Shown piece after piece: positions 1 to 24,650 of a stretch of 64,000 nt of DNA (its first letter is position 1; every line of letters starts with the position of its first letter). The position numbers and the translations under genes are program-made. Below the pieces are notes generated by a model. That model searched no databases and was not told where the DNA came from. It was given only the letters and a program-made list of their open reading frames with translations. The DNA is from Amoebidium appalachense (Eukaryota; Protista; Ichthyosporea), in NCBI GenBank assembly GCA_963693365.1, contig CAVNZM010000016.1:3561957-3625956 (forward strand). The letters run 5' to 3'.

Positions 1-987
1 CTAGGGCTACACGTGGTTACTGAACAGTTTGCCAACTAACTATAGCTACCTCTCGTTCTTCTATCCCTGTCCTTTAACGTGTTCGCTGTTCAAGGGCCAA
101 AGCTCACTTTTTCCCCACCCATCGTACACCTGCAGCACAGCACGGCGCGTGCGCTCAAGTCGCACTTCCAAGCGCTTGATAAAGCTGTCAAAAGTCTTCC
201 CCACTGCAAAAGTGTTTAACGGTGAGCAGGAGGGGCAACTTGTTGCCGATTGCTAACAAGACTAAGTGCACGAACTAGTTAGGAGTTTTAAGAACCGATT
301 CCCCTGGAAAAGCTAGGCTTGTCTCTTTCTGATCGCTCTGGACTTTGTAGCTTCTACACGTAGTATTCTTGTTTGGTGCAGACCAGATTACAAACGGAGG
401 TCACAGCTTCCCAGCAAGCCTTGTATGCATACAACGAATTTCGGCCTATAGATAAATGCCTATATTGACACGTAGCCCACCTACCAAAAAATGGAAAGCA
501 GCGCCCAACCCCTAGCATGCAACAAAATGTGATACTGTATGGGTGCAACCAGGTGACACGGTTACCACCTCAATTGAGTGAACGTGTTATGATTGAACGT
601 GCAGTAGCACGTAAATAAAGTGTGATATCACGTGTATTCAAAAATCACAGGTGCCTGCTTGCTGGGAAAGGAGGCGGGGTGGGTGGGAAGGTGGTTTTGG
701 GGGGGAGGGGAGGGGGGGGGGGGGGGAGCACAGCTATCGTCGGAGCCGATAGCACAACCAGTTTCACAGTGTGTGTAGTTGTCACCGCCGGGATCAACGT
801 CTATACCTCCAAAAGTAATAGGTGCAACAATTGCACCCGTCAATACTACGGTTAGCCCTCGACGTTGCTACAGACGCAACAATATCAATATGCCCTGCAC
901 ATGTGTTATAGGCGTTGATATCGGCGCAGCAAATATCACGGTATTGTTTACCTGTGTCGAGTCAAAAGAATTTTTTTTTTATATCCT

Positions 988-1119
988 CTAGTGCTCTACA
1001 CAAACCGTTTCCTTATTTCGCCCTCTCTTGTTCCTGCTTGACTAAGTAAACCCACTAATCAATAGAGAAGGTATAACAACGACAGTAGTTATAGTGGTTT
1101 GCTTTGTGTAGAGCACTAG
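988..1119. mobile_element. Small MITE-like element
   Basis: Perfect 17-bp inverted repeat CTAGTGCTCTACACAAA (988-1004) / TTTGTGTAGAGCACTAG (1103-1119), extended imperfectly by flanking T-rich and A-rich runs; no coding capacity. Confidence 0.5.
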
Positions 1120-1268
1120 TTCTATATAAAAAAAACATTTATCAACATGTTTGCTGCTCGTTGTGACCGTTTTTACATGCAAGACCTTGCACCGGAAATA
1201 AACAAAACCGGGAATTACGTCATTTCATGAAATGCATCCGATTGGCCATCTAAATCGGGCTCACGGAT

Positions 1269-1343
1269 CAGTGGACTCATGGCCAAGCCAACGTTTTGTT
1301 TTTTTGCACGGAACCGTTCCTACCACCTACTGAGGCGGTGTCT

Positions 1344-1378
<35 letters not shown>

Positions 1379-1553
1379 AAGTAGATGTTAAAACGTCGCA
1401 CGTGCGGCAACACGTCAGTACGTGTTAGCCGCCTAAGTAGATGTTAAAACGTCGCACGTGCGGCAACACGTCAGTACGTGTTAGGAACCGTTCCTAACAG
1501 TGGACTCATTGCCAAGCCAACGTTTTGTTTTTTTGCACGGAACCGTTGCTAAC
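1269..1553. repeat. Nested local duplication (A-B-B-A')
   Basis: ~55-bp block CAGTGGACTCAT..GGAACCGTT at ~1269 and ~1498; ~51-bp block TAAGTAGATGTTAAAACG..GTGTTAG twice (~1378 and ~1434). Confidence 0.8.
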
Positions 1554-2344
1554 ATAGAGGTGACACGCGTGTCTTTTCCCTAACTTACACTTAAGGCGAA
1601 ACGTTCCAGGGCTCATTATTTTCAGCTAATAGTGTTAGGATGGTAGAAATTTTGCGAGTTGGTGGCTGGGAGCCATTCAGAGTCACCCAAACTTTGGAAG
1701 GTGACCTCGAGCATACGGAGTAGAGCAGACGCGTAGAGCCCTGAGTTGTGTCCTTACCAAGAGCACACGTTACAAACCACTGAGCCTAGCTCGACCTCCT
1801 ATCTCGATGCCAGTCGGTTACCATCCTCAATTGGCATTGTCAGTCGCGGTCTCAGCAGTACGAAAGTGGTTTTCATTCTGACACTATGGTTCAGGGTAGG
1901 TGCCCCCCCCTCCCCCCCCCCCCCCCCCCCCTGTGATTTACTCCCCCCCCCCCCCCCCCCCCCCTTTATTCTTTCGATATTCCCAACACCCCAACACCTA
2001 CTGCACACGTTTAAGTAATCCCTATCTCCCAACTTTCGACTTTTGTTTTCTACTACCCCCCCCCCCCCCCCCCCTTCCACCCCCCCCCCCCCCCCCGCTC
2101 CCCCCTAACCACCCACCCACCCCCCCCCCCCAACCACTCACCCACTCACCGCCGCCCCACCCCCTTTTTTTTTGGTTTTCCTTTTTTTTCCTTAATTTTT
2201 TTTGTCGGGTCTTGCAGCCACTCACATCAGTCAAGAAATTCCCTTAAGCCTCCAACTCCATTGTAATCTACGTGCTTTTGCTCTGTAACATGACATCATG
2301 GCCCAATCGAGTCGCATGAACATTTTATGTCGACGAAACCCCCT

Positions 2345-2393
<49 letters not shown>

Positions 2394-2550
2394 ACCACCA
2401 CCACCACCACCACCCCCACGACACACACACACACACACACACACATGCACACACACGGTTCTTCCCCATTCCCATCTTTCCCATCCTCCCATCCCCTCTC
2501 CATGCATGAGCAAAGGTTGTGGAACTCGGTTTGCTTTTAGGCTATGCTTG

Positions 2551-2625
<75 letters not shown>

Positions 2626-3441
2626 TTTTTCTCTCTCTCTCTTTCTCTCTCTCCCCCTCTCGCTCCCTCTCTCTCTCTCTCCCCCCCCCCTTCTCTTTCT
2701 CTCTCCCTCCCTCCCTCCCTTCTTCCCTCCCTCCCTCCCTCCCTCCCTCCCTCCCCCTCCCCCTCTCCCTCCCCCCTCCCCCCTCTCTATCTATCTATCA
2801 CACACACACACTCCCCCCCCCCTCCCCCCCGTTTCAAACAGCACCGTCTGCTCTCACATGAACACACGGTCTCTCTCTTTCCCTCTTATCCTCCCTTCTC
2901 TTACCCCCTTCCCTCCCCCCCTCGGCTGCCCCCCCCCCCCCCCCCCCCCCGCCCGCCCCTCCCCTCCGTCCTCTCCCCCCTCCTCCCTCCCTCCGTTCTC
3001 TCTCTCGCCTCCCTCTTGCCCCCCCCCCCCCCCCCCCCCCCCTCCCCCCCCCTCCCCCTCCTTCTTTCTCTTCACACTCAACATGGCATACATGCGCATG
3101 CACACACACTCACACACACACACACACACTCTCTCTCTCTCCTTCTTCTCTCTCCATTCTCCCCTCTCCCTCCCTCCCTCTCTCTCTCTCTCTCTTCTAT
3201 CTCTCTCTGGCTCTCCCCCGCCCCTTCACTCCCTCATTCCCTCTATCTCTTCTTAATCACTCACCATCCTCTCTCCCATGCACATGCGGTTTCTCTTAAC
3301 CTCTTTCCTACTTTTTCCCCCTGGGACTTCATTCTTTTGAGCTGGTGTGGTATATTAGTCAGGGAATTATCGACTTAGGTATCGACGGGGGAGCCTAGAA
3401 GTCCCGTCTCCTGAGTTTCTATCCATATTTTTCTTCCTTTA

Positions 3442-3556
3442 GCTTACTGCTGCAACATTAGTCCCCGACGTTTCCCACTGCTTACTGCTGCAACATTAGT
3501 CCCCGACGTTTCCCATTGCTTACTGCTGCAACATTAGTCCCCGACGTTTCCCATTT
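3442..3556. repeat. 38-bp tandem minisatellite, 3 copies
   Basis: GCTTACTGCTGCAACATTAGTCCCCGACGTTTCCCA(C/T)T at 3442, 3480 and 3518, head to tail with no spacers. Confidence 0.9.
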
Positions 3557-3703
3557 CTTGCCGGTTGCCTGCTCGGATAATTAACCCTACTCGTATCTGA
3601 TCAAGACGGGTGACCCACATGAAGCAGTATCTGTGTTGGGTTTCGTTGACGATGTGAATGGGTTGAAACTCGGGCACTGTGGATGACCTGGGCCTCCCCC
3701 TGG

Positions 3704-4012
3704 GGATGGGCTCTGCTTATCATGCATACTCTTTTATGTTGCTTTGCACTCTGCATCGTGCTGTTCGTTGTTTATGCGTACTTCATGCTTTATAGCGCAT
3801 TCAATCCCCCCCCTCCCCCCCAGCCCTCCCCCTTCCCTTCGGCCCCCCTGAGAATAAGCTCTCATTTTGCACACTGCGCGCGTTGCTGATGTTGCATACC
3901 TGAATGTTTGCTGTTGTCTGTGTCGTTCCACGTGTTTCTCGTCGTGTTCTTGTACTTCGTACCCTGTTCCGCATTCTAATCCCCCTTTATTCGTACTTAA
4001 TGACGCATTCAA
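3704..4012 (+). repeat. Two copies of a ~100-160 bp dispersed SINE-like family
   Basis: The first copy has the head GGATGGGCTCTGCTTAT and the second the core CTGATGTTGCATAC.TGAATGTTTGC, shared with copies at 17622, 19831 and 53610 (-); each copy runs into a C-tract. Confidence 0.65.
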
Positions 4013-4344
4013 CCCCCCCCCCCCCTCCCCCCCCCTCCCCCCTCCCCCTCCCCCCGGCCCTCTCAGAATCAAACTCTTCTGAACATCTTCCCAACACAAT
4101 TCGACACCACAAGACCCTTCCTGGCCGCATTTTTTTGGCCCTGCGATCTCGCGAGTGATCCTTCCCTGCTGTGCCCTCACGGTGGCCTCTAATTCTGTGT
4201 CACCAGGTTTTGGATTGTCCTAGAATGCAATCCCTCTTGTTAGTGCTCAGGTCCTGTTTACTCATTTAGCAACCCCCCCATCCCCCCCTCCTATGTTCAA
4301 GTGCAGCAGTGTCTTGAGTTGGGTTTCGTCGACGAGGTGAATGG

Positions 4345-4750
<406 letters not shown>

Positions 4751-6002
4751 TGTGTGTGTGGTGTGTGTGTTTCTCTTTTAGTTCCCGATCCCCCCCCCCC
4801 CCCCCCCCCCCAACCACAAAAAAAAAAAAAAAAAAAAAAAAAGGCACACACACCTCAAAATTCTGGTCTATTGAAGCTACTTTATATCAAGTTCAGTCCC
4901 CGGCTCTTGTGTCTATTGACACAAAAAACCCCACCTACAAAGAAATTTGAACTATGATGAATCCTCCTCGTGGCAGATCTAGACGCCGGTACTGCCGTGT
5001 GTGTACATATGCCCCGGGATGTAGTGCATGCACGTGCGTGCGCGAACACGTCGGGCACACACCACGGTTACCACTCATGCGCACTATTATGACGTGTACC
5101 TACACTCAACCACCCACGTACACACGCACACACACACACGTGACACACACACACACACACGTACACACACACACACACAAAATAACCCTCTGAGACCTGC
5201 ACGTGCACGCGTACACAGTCTAACTGGCTGCAGGGCTTCCTACGGTGTAGGCTGTTACTCTTTCTATAACCCCCCCCCCCCCCCCCCCCTCCCCCCTCCC
5301 CCCCCCGCCCCTCTCTCCCAACCTACACACACACACAAACAACCACACCCACCCACCCACATGTTTTTTTCCACACTTCCACACATATTAGCACACGTTA
5401 CCGTAACGAATAAAAAGAAAACAGCACCTTTCTGAGGCTGTCCTTCTCGTAGTTCAAATCAGTACTTGTGCATTCCTTGGTGTCACAGTGGTAAGCAGAC
5501 ATCCTTTTGCCTAGCACCAACACACATGTCATTCAGCTATCACGTAACCTTCAGAAGAGTAGCTACCGTAGAGTCCAAGTTTGGGTGCCAGCGCTCCTTT
5601 TGATGTAGATCCTATTATTAATTTTACTATTCTTTCAAGGCCGAAAAAACGTTCCCTCCGAAGCGACTCGATCACGTGCCAACTCATACCCTTGGAAACT
5701 CGCCAGAGTATATATTGTAGTTCATTATAGGGCGGCTGAGGCCACAGTCGCACGTGGCAGTTTGGGTGCCGTGGTTTTCAGTCTTGTATTGTATGAACAT
5801 AATTATATATGCATGTTGAGGTATTCACTAACTTGATAACCATATGCATCCACACATTCACAGGTACGTACACACCTGTGGTACACGCACACTTGCACAC
5901 ACGTGCAAAAGCGTGCCCGTCGCTCTCACACACACGGATATTTGAGCGCACACATGCGCATGCACACATCTGCACACAAACACACACACGAACACACACA
6001 CG

Positions 6003-6077
<75 letters not shown>

Positions 6078-6565
6078 ACTCACTCACTCACAAACAAAAA
6101 CACACGTACACAGCTGAACGTGTGTCTGTGTGCGTGCACGTGCTGTTTGTGTGTTCACGTCACACAGTGTATACGCGAGTGCATGCATATTCGTGCGTGT
6201 ACGTGAGAGAGGGTACCGACATCAAGCTTTTAAGTGGATGGGTGGACGCGAAGGGTCCCAACTGTTTGAGTGCTAACGAATAAACATCACCCATCTTTTA
6301 TGCATCACGCTTCTACATATGCCCTTGGCAACCTAATAGGTTTCGGGCAGAACTCCGAGGTGTGTTTTCTATCTGAAGCCGCCTTGCACAAACAGCGTTA
6401 GCCTCATGCCCCAGGGCTGATCGGCCGGTCGGGCTCTCCATTCTTGAATAGCATCACATGTTCCATTGTTTCTATTGTAGGTTTTAACAGATAACCTGGA
6501 AGTGTGAATGCGCAAGACCGCTGTTGTTCGAGAAGGGTCGTCAGAAACCCGTGATGGAACAAGGT

Positions 6566-6613
<48 letters not shown>

Positions 6614-8323
6614 CTTATACAACTCGTTGGCAGGCCGTTCGCCGGCTTTGCGCTGCGCAAAAGTTGCCGCATGGGGTTTATGCACTTTGCTGCGGACATC
6701 GTCAGGGGCCCAGCCCACGGCCGTCTAGAAACACCCTAGATGGCCGTGGCCCAGCCTCACATGATGTCAATTTGTGCCGCAGAAAGAGCGTCGACTAAAT
6801 CATCAATATACAGGTTGAAAAAAAGTGGGCTTAGCAGGGACCCTTGAAGTCCCCCGCGTGTGCGGGTAAACCCTGGGGATAGCCGCCCATTTAACCACCG
6901 CCCGTCCGCGTGCAAACGTAAACATAGCTTCCAGTACTAGTAGCCGACCCATTTGGAATGGGACACCGCGAGTGGCCAACTTGGCCCACAGGCGAGGGAG
7001 GTCGGCCGTGTCGTACGCGTTCTTAAAATCGATAAATACGAGGTGCTCGGTATCACTTTGAGTTGCATTATATAGGGTGAGGATTTGTGCGTAGCATGAG
7101 TGTCGATGCCGAAACGCCGCCTGAAGAGGGCTCAGCTGGGAAGCCTGCTTAAGGGTGGGGTTACGGGAAAAGGCCTGTAAAAGGCCACTTTCGAATAATC
7201 AACGAAAAACGGACGTATGTAGCATTATAAAGGTCGACTGATCTTTAATGGCTGAAAAAGTTATGGTCGGTAAATTTTAACAGGCGCATGCAGGGAGCCA
7301 GGCACTCTCGATGAGTCGTGTCGCACCATGATGCATGCAAAAAAAAAAAAAAAAAACAAGGTTCAAACTTCAAAGACGTCGTCCGTTGCTTCCCGCCAAA
7401 ATAAAGGCGTATCCAATCAGCGGCAGTATCACTATTAAGGGTAGCCAATCACAACCACGAATACTTGCCCGCCTTTCTTGAAGAATCCAGAGTCTTTTGA
7501 CGTTAAGCTCATTTTATTTGCTTTTGAACAAAAGTATATACGACTTGAAGCTTTGTAGTACATAATTCCAAATACAGAAAATATGAAAAGTCAGATCTTG
7601 GTGCAGTATTGAATAAGTTTTGCATTTTGACTCTGAGTGCATTCCGCTGTGTGCACATGGGGCCATGTGGAATGGGGAACATGTTGATCGCAGCCAATCA
7701 ACAGCAGTTTATAAATGCACAGACTATATTCATGATATTGCACGAATCAGCACTTGAATTCGAGAATTAAAAAAGCCACAAGTGAGAATTAGGGATCTCT
7801 GCCACTCTGGCGATCGCTCATCAATAATACACTTGAGAGAAACTGAGGCAGAACGTAAGGTAACAAGCATTCGATTCTTTTTCTTTCTTTTTTTTTTTAA
7901 AAAAAAAACGAGACTTAATGCGTCATTACTAACAAATGGACCAAGTTACGATTTTGGCCTGGTAAAACTGCCCGTTTATCTATTCAGGTTCACCCAATCC
8001 GATTTAGCTGTGGGGGACACTTCTAATCGGCGCCAAGATAAGTCACCTTCCTTGCCAAGTTGCACCGACTGATTCAGTTTTCCTCACCGATTTCCTCACG
8101 GTTTCTGTCATTCGACTTCAGTTGTTTTTCCTATGTTTGTGTGTGTTTCTATTGTATTTTCTTACCCAACCTACGAGCTCAGAAGGATACATAGATAGGC
8201 ACCCACATAACAAACTAACATTAATCAACCGATTGGAATTGCTAGTTTTCGATCTATGTTTCACACAGCACACGCAAGGAGACACAAAGCGACCTTTGAA
8301 ACCAAACCACAACATCAGAAAAC

Positions 8324-19442
<11,119 letters not shown>

Positions 19443-19830
19443 ACGGTGTGTTTTGTAACAACAAATAAACCAACGGCGTGTTTCTTTCACGAGTTGAAAC
19501 TATAATTTAAAACGGAGAGTCATGTCTCTTGCCTCTGGTGTTAAAAGCAATTCCAATCCAGTCCATTTGCAACGTCACGTCATAAGTTTTATGGACATTT
19601 AACGGCTTAACTCCGCCGAGATCCGACTGAGAATTGTCCTCTGCCGTACCGCCCGGAAACCATCGACTTAAATTTTATAATGATTTTATTTTTTAATGTT
19701 GGTTGTGGAGCTTTGTTGCCCAAATGTGGACCTTTTAGCCGCATCGTCACGTGTGTCTGCAGCCGAATTGAATGTGGATGAAACGCCGGAGAAGTCTTCC
19801 CCCCCCCCCCCCCCCCCTTGGGTCCTCCCT

Positions 19831-19968
19831 GAGGATGGGCTCTGCTTATGACGCATACTGTGCACATGGCTGATGTTGCATACTTGAATGTTTGCCTTTG
19901 CATGTGTCCAGCACCATGCTTCTCGTCGTGTATGCGTACTTTGTCCCGTGTTCCTGTTCCGCATTCAA
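19831..19968 (+). repeat. Dispersed SINE-like family copy (most complete)
   Basis: GAGGATGGGCTCTGCTTATGACGCATACT..CTGATGTTGCATACTTGAATGTTTGCC..CCTGTTCCGCATTCAA followed by poly-C. Confidence 0.7.
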
Positions 19969-21608
19969 CCCCCCCCCCCCCCCTCCCCCTCCCCCCTCCC
20001 CCTCTCCCCCCCCCTCCCCCCCCCCCCCCCTCCTTCTCCTTCTCCTCCTTCTACTTTCTGTGTACATCACTGACTGTTGTTCTTTGGTCCGCCTCACCTT
20101 TCTGTAGGACACGAAAAAACATCATTACTATCATTTTAGTAGAACATTATAAATTTTTAAGCCATTGCCCCCCTTTTTCTTAACCTCATCTTCGGATCAA
20201 ATCTTCTAGAGCAGAGGTTTTATTGTCGATGTCACTGTAGAGCTCATTGATATATTTGTCTGACAGTGGCATAGTATTATCCCTGTGTGATATTATAATT
20301 AAATGCAGGTGTGTAAGCTGCTGTAATATCACGGAATTGGCCCGGGTTCCGTCTTAGTTTTAATTCCAATCAAGAAAACAAGAGTTAAATTTTTTTCTTC
20401 AGTATGTAGAGTTTTTTGTCGTTGGCTACAGCATGATATATAGTAGCGGCAAGGCCTGCGCGGGGGGGGGGGGGGGGGGGGGGGGGGGGGCGATAGCTAT
20501 AGCATGATGATTGACAGATTTCTACAATAGGTAATGATGTGTGGACAGGTAGTATTGAGTGAAATGTGGACATTTCTAAAATTAATATTCCATAGATAAT
20601 ATTATGTCGGTGCGACCCCGGGGGCCACTCCGTTTTAGTCGGTGACAATCGCCATGTTGGCAGACACACTGTATACTCTGTCGACACTTATAAAGCTTTG
20701 TTATTGTTGCATAGCGTTGCGTGGATGCGATATGTTGAAAATACTAGTATGTGTGCCGCCAAGTTACAATATAAAGCTGCCGTGCATGCCATGAGCCCTG
20801 ATAACGTGCTCACACCTTGGATGACTAGAGTCATTTCGATGTTAAATGCCGGTGCCACGGTATAATAATAAAACAGTGAAAAAAAAAAAAAAAAGGAACA
20901 AAAAAGTTCTCTCATGTTTCACTAAAGCACACTGGATGTGTGGTGTACGTCGGTGGTGTATCATGATGTGCAGATACAGTGTTGTGCACGTGCATATACC
21001 TATGTGCACAATATTATGTGCACATATACTGTACCCATGTACATAACGGTTCATCAGTCTGACACTCACATTAGCTCAAGTCACGGCACACATGCATGCC
21101 CTTTAAAACACACACGCACGTGGGCACATGCACCGTGACACATGCGCGCGCACGCACACACACGTGCACACTCATGCACACTGTGCACAGGACACACACA
21201 CGTGTCTGTAAGCATACACACGCACACACGCTGGGCATACACCCACAGGTGTGTATACACACACGCACACACACGTGCATTTAAACCGTAGTCACACACG
21301 GCGCGTTTGAAGCACATCATCGATCCTCACCAGTGCCACACACACACAGTGTCACACAGACACACACATTTGTGTGCGTGGCACGATGCGGCAGCCCTGC
21401 GCGTCAGACACTGTTCGGTAGCTATGTCATGTATACACACGTGCACGCACACGCATGCACACGCACACTCGCACACAGACACACACGCTCGCGCACACAC
21501 ACACACAAAGAGAGAGAGAGACGCATGCACGCGCACACATACTGTAACACACAGGTGTCACACACACACTGTGACACACACGTACACACACACACACACA
21601 CACACACT

Positions 21609-21652
<44 letters not shown>

Positions 21653-21785
21653 TACACATACACACGCACGCACACACACACACACACGCACACACTAGTA
21701 TTATACACACGTGTACATACACGCACACACATACACACACACAAACACACACAAACACCGTGACACACACACACACGTACACGTA

Positions 21786-21862
<77 letters not shown>

Positions 21863-22014
21863 GGCCTTACCCAACGTACTACGTATTATGTTTTTGAAGT
21901 AGACCCAGTCAGTAACAAAAATATTGTGCAATATGACACACCTACTTTTTTGGGTTTTATGAAAGCCTTTTTTCATTCACCAAAACTTTTGAACGGCCGT
22001 TATTTTTGTCCATA

Positions 22015-22092
22015 GGCACCGGTCGTGAATAAGTCTTTGAACTCTTTTCCTATGGCACCGGTCGTGAATAAGTCTTTGAACTCTTTTCCTAT
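22015..22092. repeat. 39-bp tandem duplication
   Basis: GGCACCGGTCGTGAATAAGTCTTTGAACTCTTTTCCTAT twice in tandem. Confidence 0.85.
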
Positions 22093-22381
22093 CATCATCA
22101 GTGTCGGATAGCCTGTAGTACTATACCTTGGGGTTTACCCATTGTTATTTATTATTCATGACTCCAGCCTCAAGTCAATGCCGGTGCTCGGACCAGGTTG
22201 CGACAAGGCCTCCAACTCTGACGGGCCTGGAAAGGAGGAGTGCAGATCGGAATGCAAAAATGGAACCGGCTGGGTTGGACTAAGGTTCGATCCTAAGTAT
22301 TGCCCCAAGTCGACTCAGCGCTGTGAAAGAAACATCGTTATACAAGTATACAAGTTACAACGGCTATATTTTCATAATATT

Positions 22382-22482
<101 letters not shown>

Positions 22483-22559
22483 GTCACACACACACACAAA
22501 TAGGCCGTGGAGCTGGTATGTGGGACCCCCCAAACCCCCGTCTCTCTAGATTATACTGG

Positions 22560-23278
22560 TGTAAATTTGGTTGTGTATCATAGCGGCAGCGCAGAGTGCT
22601 TTTACAGTATGGGATCTGATCAATCTTGAGATGGGATCTTATCCTCGGCACTCATCGATTCGAGTCCAGGCATGTTCCCAACTGATTGGATCTGGCTGAT
22701 ACTGCCGCCTTTTATAGGGGACAGTTCGCCGTGCGATTGTGGGACAACGCCGCTGCTTCCCGACCAACCATTTTGATTGGTCAGTAAGCGCGACTAACTA
22801 CAGGGCGCGACTCCCGTAGTCTGTCCGACAATATACACAACCATGTTTACATCTCCCCTCCCGTTGGGGAGTCGCGCGCTACACCCCACCGGCAAGGTCG
22901 TAGCAGCCCGCGAACGGCTCCACCCAAGGTTGTACAGGCGTGGCCATCCGACCAACAACCCCCTTGGGTCCTGCCGCAGTCGCCAATGTAAATTTGGTTG
23001 TGTATCATAGCGGCAGCGCAGAGTGCTTTTACAGTATGGGATCTGATCAATCTTGAGATGGGATCTTATCCTCGGCACTCATCGATTCGAGTCCAGGCAT
23101 GTTCCCAACTGATTGGATCTGGCTGATACTGCCGCCTTTTATAGGGGACAGTTCGCCGTGCGATTGTGGGACAACGCCGCTGCTTCCCGACCAACCATTT
23201 TGATTGGTCAGTAAGCGCGACTAACTACAGGGCGCGACTCCCGTAGTCTGTCCGACAATATACACAACCATGTTTACA
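22560..23278 (-). mobile_element. TRIM (miniature non-autonomous LTR retrotransposon)
   Basis: Two 292-bp LTRs that look identical (22560-22851, 22987-23278; TG..CA), a 135-bp non-coding interior and a 4-bp TSD CTGG. On the minus strand a PBS TGGCGACTGCGGCAGG follows the 5' LTR and a PPT GGGAGGGGAGA precedes the 3' LTR. Confidence 0.92.
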
Positions 23279-23315
23279 CTGGATAGAGATCTATGGATAG
23301 GAGAGGTACGGTCAA

Positions 23316-23366
<51 letters not shown>

Positions 23367-23367
<1 letters not shown>

Positions 23368-23537
23368 ATACTGAAAGGGAATTCAAGTCCGATGACGTAG
23401 GAAGTTAATCAATCAAGAAAGTCTCACGAATGAATAAAACAAAAGATGTAAAACGGTATATATACTGAAAGGAAATTCAAATCCGATGACGTAGGAAGTT
23501 AAGGGGCCTTAATCAATCAAGAAAGTCTCACGAATGC
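23367..23537. repeat. ~65-bp local duplication, second copy with a short insertion at TTAA
   Basis: TATACTGAAAGG.AATTCAA.TCCGATGACGTAGGAAGTTAATCAATCAAGAAAGTCTCACGAATG; the second copy reads GTTAA-GGGGCC-TTAATC. Confidence 0.8.
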
Positions 23538-23604
23538 ATTTTCTAAGATCGTACGTGGTGTGCCTCCTCGCGCACTTTCTTCTTAAAAATATCTACAAAC
23601 TTTA

Positions 23605-24650
23605 GGGCCTGTTTGGCAGCACCCCAATAATCGTATTCGTATTTAGGCCCTAAATACGATCTACCGTATTTACAAAATTTATCGTGGTATGCGTATTTAG
23701 GGCCTAAATACGGTTGGTGCCTTCCAAACGCTGTCAGGCGTGACTGGTCACATTGAATGTCGATATGTACAGATACATGGTTCACGAGATCTGATTGGCC
23801 CTATTCGCACCCATTGATCATCCTTCGGTATTCCATGCATATAGACTGGTGCAGCTGTAGTCAGTATTACGTAACGAACGGCAAAAACGAGTCACCGCCG
23901 GACAGTGAGTCTTGCTCTGTTTAACAATAGGTTAGAATGTCTGTTATTGAAGGGATACTGCCAGTTATTGCGGTGGCTAGTGTAAGCCTTGCTAGAGACC
24001 TCGTTTTACGTCACCAACGTTCGTCCCTGGCATTCCCCACATATCTGAACACATAATGAGTGTTAAAATTTGTCCTTGCCTATACAATACTCGTTGTGCC
24101 TGCATGTCACCGAGTTTGTACATGTACATTTGATTGTTTTTTATTAATGCATATATCGGAGTCCAGTATCGTTTCAATGATTATTATGGCATATATATAC
24201 AGTCTGAGCTTGTTATCATGCACCGCGTAGGGTTCCTCGTCCTCTGTCTTACCTGTGCAGCCCAAATTCATGTGCCAATTTTAACTGAGAATGTACACAA
24301 AATGACGTGTATGACACCGACCTTCTAACATTGAATTATTCACGTGCATGCGCCGGCATGCGTACTGTAGTAAAAATGTGCCCGCCGCGGCTTACGAGCG
24401 CTGTACCATTGGCTTGCTGATAGCCAATAAATGATGCGAAATGCTCTGATTGGCTAATTTCCTATATCGTATTTACGAAAATCACCTCCGGAGGTGATTT
24501 TCGTAAATACGATATAAAAGCGATCCCTATCGTATTTACAAAAAATAAAAGCCCGCGGCGTGTTTGGCATGCCACGGGATCGTATACGTATTTAGGCCCT
24601 AAATACGAATACGATAAAAAACCGTATTTAGCGCGCTACCAAACAGGCCC
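23605..24650. mobile_element. Non-autonomous PIF/Harbinger (Tourist-like) DNA transposon
   Basis: TIRs GGGCCTGTTTGG / CCAAACAGGCCC, 3-bp TSD TTA (23602-23604, 24651-24653), subterminal palindromic motifs CGTATTTAGG(G)CC(C)TAAATACG; no transposase ORF. Confidence 0.85.

Noticed and set aside
1900-3378. Long Pro-, His/Thr-, Val/Cys- and Ser/Leu-rich ORFs here and throughout the window
   Set aside because: They are translations of poly-C, (CA)n and (CT)n tracts, which lack stop codons; no domain signal.
3442-3556. 38-bp repeats as a CRISPR array
   Set aside because: Head to tail with no spacers, no cas genes, eukaryotic context.
22270-22300. tRNA gene suggested by GGTTCGATCC
   Set aside because: No acceptor stem or cloverleaf can be formed.
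23992-24177. ORF KRYWTPIYALIKNNQMYMYK as a captured PH-domain exon
   Set aside because: Non-ATG start, an in-frame stop just upstream and no usable splice sites; the resemblance is weak.
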